In this document: piece by piece, positions 59,968-64,000 of the stretch
Layout: each line of letters starts with the position of its first letter
How positions within the stretch are numbered: position 1 is the stretch's first letter
DNA from: Trichosphaerium sp. ATCC 40318
Lineage: Eukaryota; Protista; Tubulinea
Direction: 5' to 3'
NCBI GenBank assembly: GCA_038496445.1
Contig: JALMLS010000578.1
Coordinates: 186,001-250,000 of the forward strand
Length of the DNA stretch: 64,000 bases
Program-made: the position numbers and the translations under genes
Notes under the pieces: model-generated
Databases searched by the model: none
Told to the model about the DNA's origin: nothing
What the model saw: only the letters and a program-made list of their open reading frames with translations

Positions 59968-60921
59968 CACTTGTTTCTTTTTGAATGTTTTTTTTTTTTG
60001 TTGTCAGGTAAATTTCGCAGCAATTTTCCAGAGGTCTATCAGACTCACATCATTTTTTTTCAATTGTCAACATTTTTCAAACACAGCTTACATCGTGTAA
60101 GTTTGTGGGACCCTGTGTCCCTCTACCACTTACGCTGGGGTTGTCAAACAGCTGTTGTAAGGGTCACTGTTATGTGACCGCATCTGGTATTCTACTAAAC
60201 ATGGCATCTGGTGTTATATTGGCGTTGTGGTCTGGGATGAATGCTTGTACAAAAGGCGCTTTATCGTTCCTCAGGCTCCATCGAATAAAGCTTACGTATT
60301 GACCTTAGGCTTTTTTTATACGGATGGTCTTGGTACATCTGTATCTGTATTCGGCATATAGGAGAGTAGCATGCATCTGGTTGAGTTTGGACGCTAGTGT
60401 GGCTGCTGTACCTAGGCGTAGTCGAAAAGTTTTGGCAAGGTTGAGAATGAAACTGTTCGTCACGTACCCTTGTGTCCCGCTGAACAGGTCTTTATTGTTG
60501 AAATCGGTCTCGTTACGAACCATTTTACTGGGAAGACATCTTTCTTTAGTTCCAAAAGTTGTGAATAGGTCCTTGTTATATATATTTTGTTGAACGTAGT
60601 TCTTGGGTCTTTTTAGAGGTTTATTGCTACAGGCATACCATACCACCTCAATTTTAGAATATTGGAGACTGTATCGAATAAAGAGCATTGTCTTGGGTGT
60701 TTCATTTTCATACCTTCTGGTCTCCAAGCATCCTTGTTTTAAATTTAGAACTACTAGGCATATAGCACTTTTAACTTCAGTTGGTTTTTTGGTGATAGAC
60801 GTTGTCAATAGTATTCGATAAGTATTGTACATAAGGCGTAAGGAGGGAGTAAAGGGTAAATAATACAAGACTTTGAATTACAGAAAAAAACAAGTACATT
60901 TTATTTGTTTAAGTACAAAAA

Positions 60922-62870
60922 CTATACACCAGCTTGCCTCCATGGTGTATGCTTAGAACCTAGGTTCCTCTTCTTTGGAGTAGAAAATTCATGAGAAATA
61001 CGTGTTACTCTCTCTTCACTAGCAGGAGATGGCTTTCTTTTTTGTACACGTCTTCTTGGAGAACGGGAAAAACTTCGTGTCTTCAAAAAGAAAAGAAGTA
61101 AGAAAAAAAAGAGAAAAAGTAGGTAAAAAAACAACACAAAAAACCAACTCGTAGCTTCCTTACTTTACTTCCTGCCACCTAAAGTACTTAATATGTAACG
61201 AATATAAGTTATTGTTGTATACCTTCAAGTGCTTTTCATCATGTACAGGTTTCCTATTTCCCCTGAAAGTGATGTTAAGTTAAGTGTGCTTTTTTTTTTT
61301 AAGTCGTACTTGGGCGTTTTTGGCCGTATCTGATTTCCTCGTTTCCTTGGTGAACTTTGAAGAGAAATCAAGGTAGATTGTAAAAACTGTATAGTCTCTT
61401 CAAGTTTTTCAATACGTTTTGTATCGCTGCTATAAAGAGCGACATGTTTAATGTCTTGTTTTGTACTTAAAGAGTCTTTAAGCTCTTGCTTAACTGCAGC
61501 AAGTTCTATTTTCTCTGCTTTAGTTTCCTTAAGACTCTTAGTCTTACGAGTAATCTCTTGGCGAAGAGAGTTCACTGTAGCCCTAAGAGAAAGTAAGAAA
61601 AACCCAAAAAAAAAAGGAAAAAAAAAAGAAAAAAAAGCACATACTTTGTTTCACTTAGCTCGCAAGCCAGCAACTGATTCTGGGACTGTAAGCTTGCAAC
61701 AGCTCTTGAAAGTGTTTTCAAGCGTGATATAACCTCTTCAGTACACGTAGGTTCTGGTTTAGGGCTCTCTACTTTAACTATAGACAACTTCTTTACATGA
61801 AGAGGTGAGCTAAGTTTTTTTTTTGAATGTTTTCTATAAAAACTAGATGTCTCGTTCTTATTCACTGATCTACTACTAGATATCATACTACCTTGCCTGT
61901 ATAATTTAGTTAGGCAAGAATACAAGCTTCAAGCTTCGATTACCTATTGGTCTTAGGGCTGTGATTGCCTCCGTTGAGCTTTAACCTTTTTTTCGATGGG
62001 CGTTTGTTTTCGATCCTACTTTTGGACTTCTTTCGTCTCCTTGTATGTACACGACCTTGTAAAAGAGGCCCTACACTTGTTAGAACGTATGTACGTACAC
62101 CTTAAAATACACCACTTACCCTTCCAACCTGATTGCCTTGCCTTCTTTGAAAGCATCTCAAGATTTCTAACAACAGTGTGCAAAAACCTATGACAAACAA
62201 AAATTTAGTAATGCCTCATTAACGAGCTTCAAGAATTCTCCATTCTGACCTGTTATTACGTAAGTCCTGACCAAGGAACATGTGATCACCATGAAAATCA
62301 AGTTTTGAGCATGCATCTAAGTACAAACTCATATTTTCCTGAATAAACGTAAGACAATAGCGAACTAACGGCAATAAACGATAAAAAGAAAAAAAAACGT
62401 GATCTGACGTTTGGCGCCCTCGAAAACAAAAAAAACCCTTAAAAACTGAGTATAAGTACCAAAGCCTTCAAAGGATGCAATTTTTTACCAGGCTGAGCAA
62501 CTTTATAGCGCTTAATTGCCTTTGACGGAAATAGAGTATTGAATAACCTAAAAATCGCTTAAATCGTAAGAAATGATATATTTACGCACTTTACAAGCGT
62601 TTCACCGCTTTTTAGAGTGTCATAAAAAGATAAAGAACATTTTTCTCCCGTAACATCTTGAATCCAGACTAATATCTTCTCCATGCGTTGCGGGTCTTCA
62701 TTTCTTTTCATCTTTGGGACAATAAAGTTAAAACAGACAAAACTACGATTGTTTGCTCATACCTTTTTATAAACCTCAGCATCTAGACCGTATAGCGTCT
62801 TTCCTTCTATTCTTAAACCTCCTGTAGCATTTATTGCTTTTTTAGATCCCTTTCTTTTATAAAGGCTCAT
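60922..62870 (-). CDS. Calponin-homology (CH) domain protein with a coiled-coil and basic C-terminus, multi-exon
   Basis: YGLDAEVYKK..EDPQRMEKILVWIQDVTGE...LKSGETLVK...ENMSLYLDACSKL...F...DL is a calponin-type CH domain. Downstream exons are coiled-coil (IEKLEETIQFLQSTL). Confidence 0.7.
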
Positions 62871-63354
62871 TTTACGGTGTTGCGGTTTCTTGGTTGCAGA
62901 AATAACGTCTAATTTAGCGTGTCGGCATAAATAACGTGTTGCTACCAAAATTGGCTAAATCATCGACTTAAGTCATGGCAAAGTTACTTACCGTTGCAAT
63001 TTATACTTACCGAAAATTGCCTTTACCACGACTTGTGTCGTTGGTCTCCGACTCCCACTTTGAAAGCCAAGGAAACTCAACAGTTTGACCAAATTGTTTC
63101 ACAAAACAAAGTTTCAAAATTGATTTGTGTAGTATGCTTTTTGGCAGTAAAAATATCAAGCTAGACGTTGATACTTCAAACTATCTAAGTTGAATTATGA
63201 ATGAGTAGTATGTTGGGAAAGGATCAAGTCTACTAGATAAATATTTATTGTACACAGCGAAACTCAATGACTGATTTTTTGGTTCTTGGGGAGTATTTTT
63301 GAGTAAAAAAAAACCTAATCTAATTGGGTGCTAACAAAGTATCATGCCCGAGGA

Positions 63355-64000
63355 TCATTTCTTATCATTCATGAGAGGTTCAATAGCATCAAATAGAAGC
63401 TTTGTTATAATATCACTATAATTATCAAGTCCAGCTGTATTATGCCTATGTCCAGCAATATTTAAAGTCGATATACTATTTTTCTTTAAAAATTCTTGGA
63501 TTTCTTTTATGTTAGATTCTTCAGCTTCTTTTGATAAGTCATCGATAACTAAACATGGTCTATGTCTAGCACGTTGTTTATATGATTTCTTAGGAATCTT
63601 TTTCCATCTCTTTGTGATGCAGTATCCAATTGTCTTAGCAGTGCCGTTGGAATCGTGAATTTCGAAGGCTTTTGAACAAAAACGGTTTAGAAGCCGTTCA
63701 GGTGAGGTTGATTAATTGTTATGGTACCTATTGTCCCTGTAGAGTCGTCTGCGTTCTTTTTTGTTCGTGCTACGTACGCTGCAGCCATACGAGTTCCAGG
63801 AGCTGTTAAAAAATCAATTGATTAGCGTATAGGCGTTGCTTGTCGTTGAAAATGGTAGATTTGCGTACGTAAGTCCATTGCTTTGATACCAAACTTTGTT
63901 TTAAGCGAAAGATCAGGTCCGTTGGTTGTCATGAATTTAGGAGGTGCCCAGCCGCCTAAAAACGCAATTAGACAGTTTTTTAAGTTATTTAAGAGTTTTT
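63355..64000 (-). CDS. Putative molybdenum-carrier / circularly permuted YpsA SLOG-family protein (5' end beyond window)
   Basis: GGWAPPKFMTTNGPD, YVARTKKNADDSTGTI, SNGTAKTI, RPCLVI, IQEFLKKNSISTLNIAGHR correspond to family motifs GGWxP, RTxxNVxDSDGT, GGTxxT, KP, LNVAGPR. GT-AG introns present. Confidence 0.8.

Noticed and set aside
1-64000. Prokaryotic origin or alternative genetic code to explain the short ORFs
   Set aside because: Conserved eukaryotic genes (UTP10, ATG12) reconstruct under the standard code with GT-AG introns.

Overview
AT-rich (roughly 35% GC by eye), gene-dense eukaryotic genomic DNA with many short GT-AG introns (donors often GTACGT/GTAAGT, poly-T/poly-A tracts), so most ORF-track entries are single exons or antisense shadows. 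Gene content suggests a free-living protist, possibly an amoebozoan (inference). Recognisable conserved genes are mitochondrial presequence protease (PITRM1/PreP), an M3 thimet-oligopeptidase-like peptidase, UTP10/HEATR1, ATG12 and RAB5IF. The window also has a receptor tyrosine kinase with a vWA ectodomain, a calponin-homology protein and about five F-box genes. Accessory material includes: intronless MORN-variant (YwqK-like) genes and relics resembling giant-virus genes, an inverted duplication at the left end, a repeat-array PD-(D/E)XK nuclease-like gene, two intron-bearing genes of bacterial appearance, MITEs (one with a 5-bp TSD), and a Merlin/IS1595-type transposase relic. Directly upstream of that relic is a three-unit tandem array whose hairpins show compensatory base changes. 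CACGTG is strongly over-represented throughout. Gene boundaries were assembled by eye and some termini are approximate.
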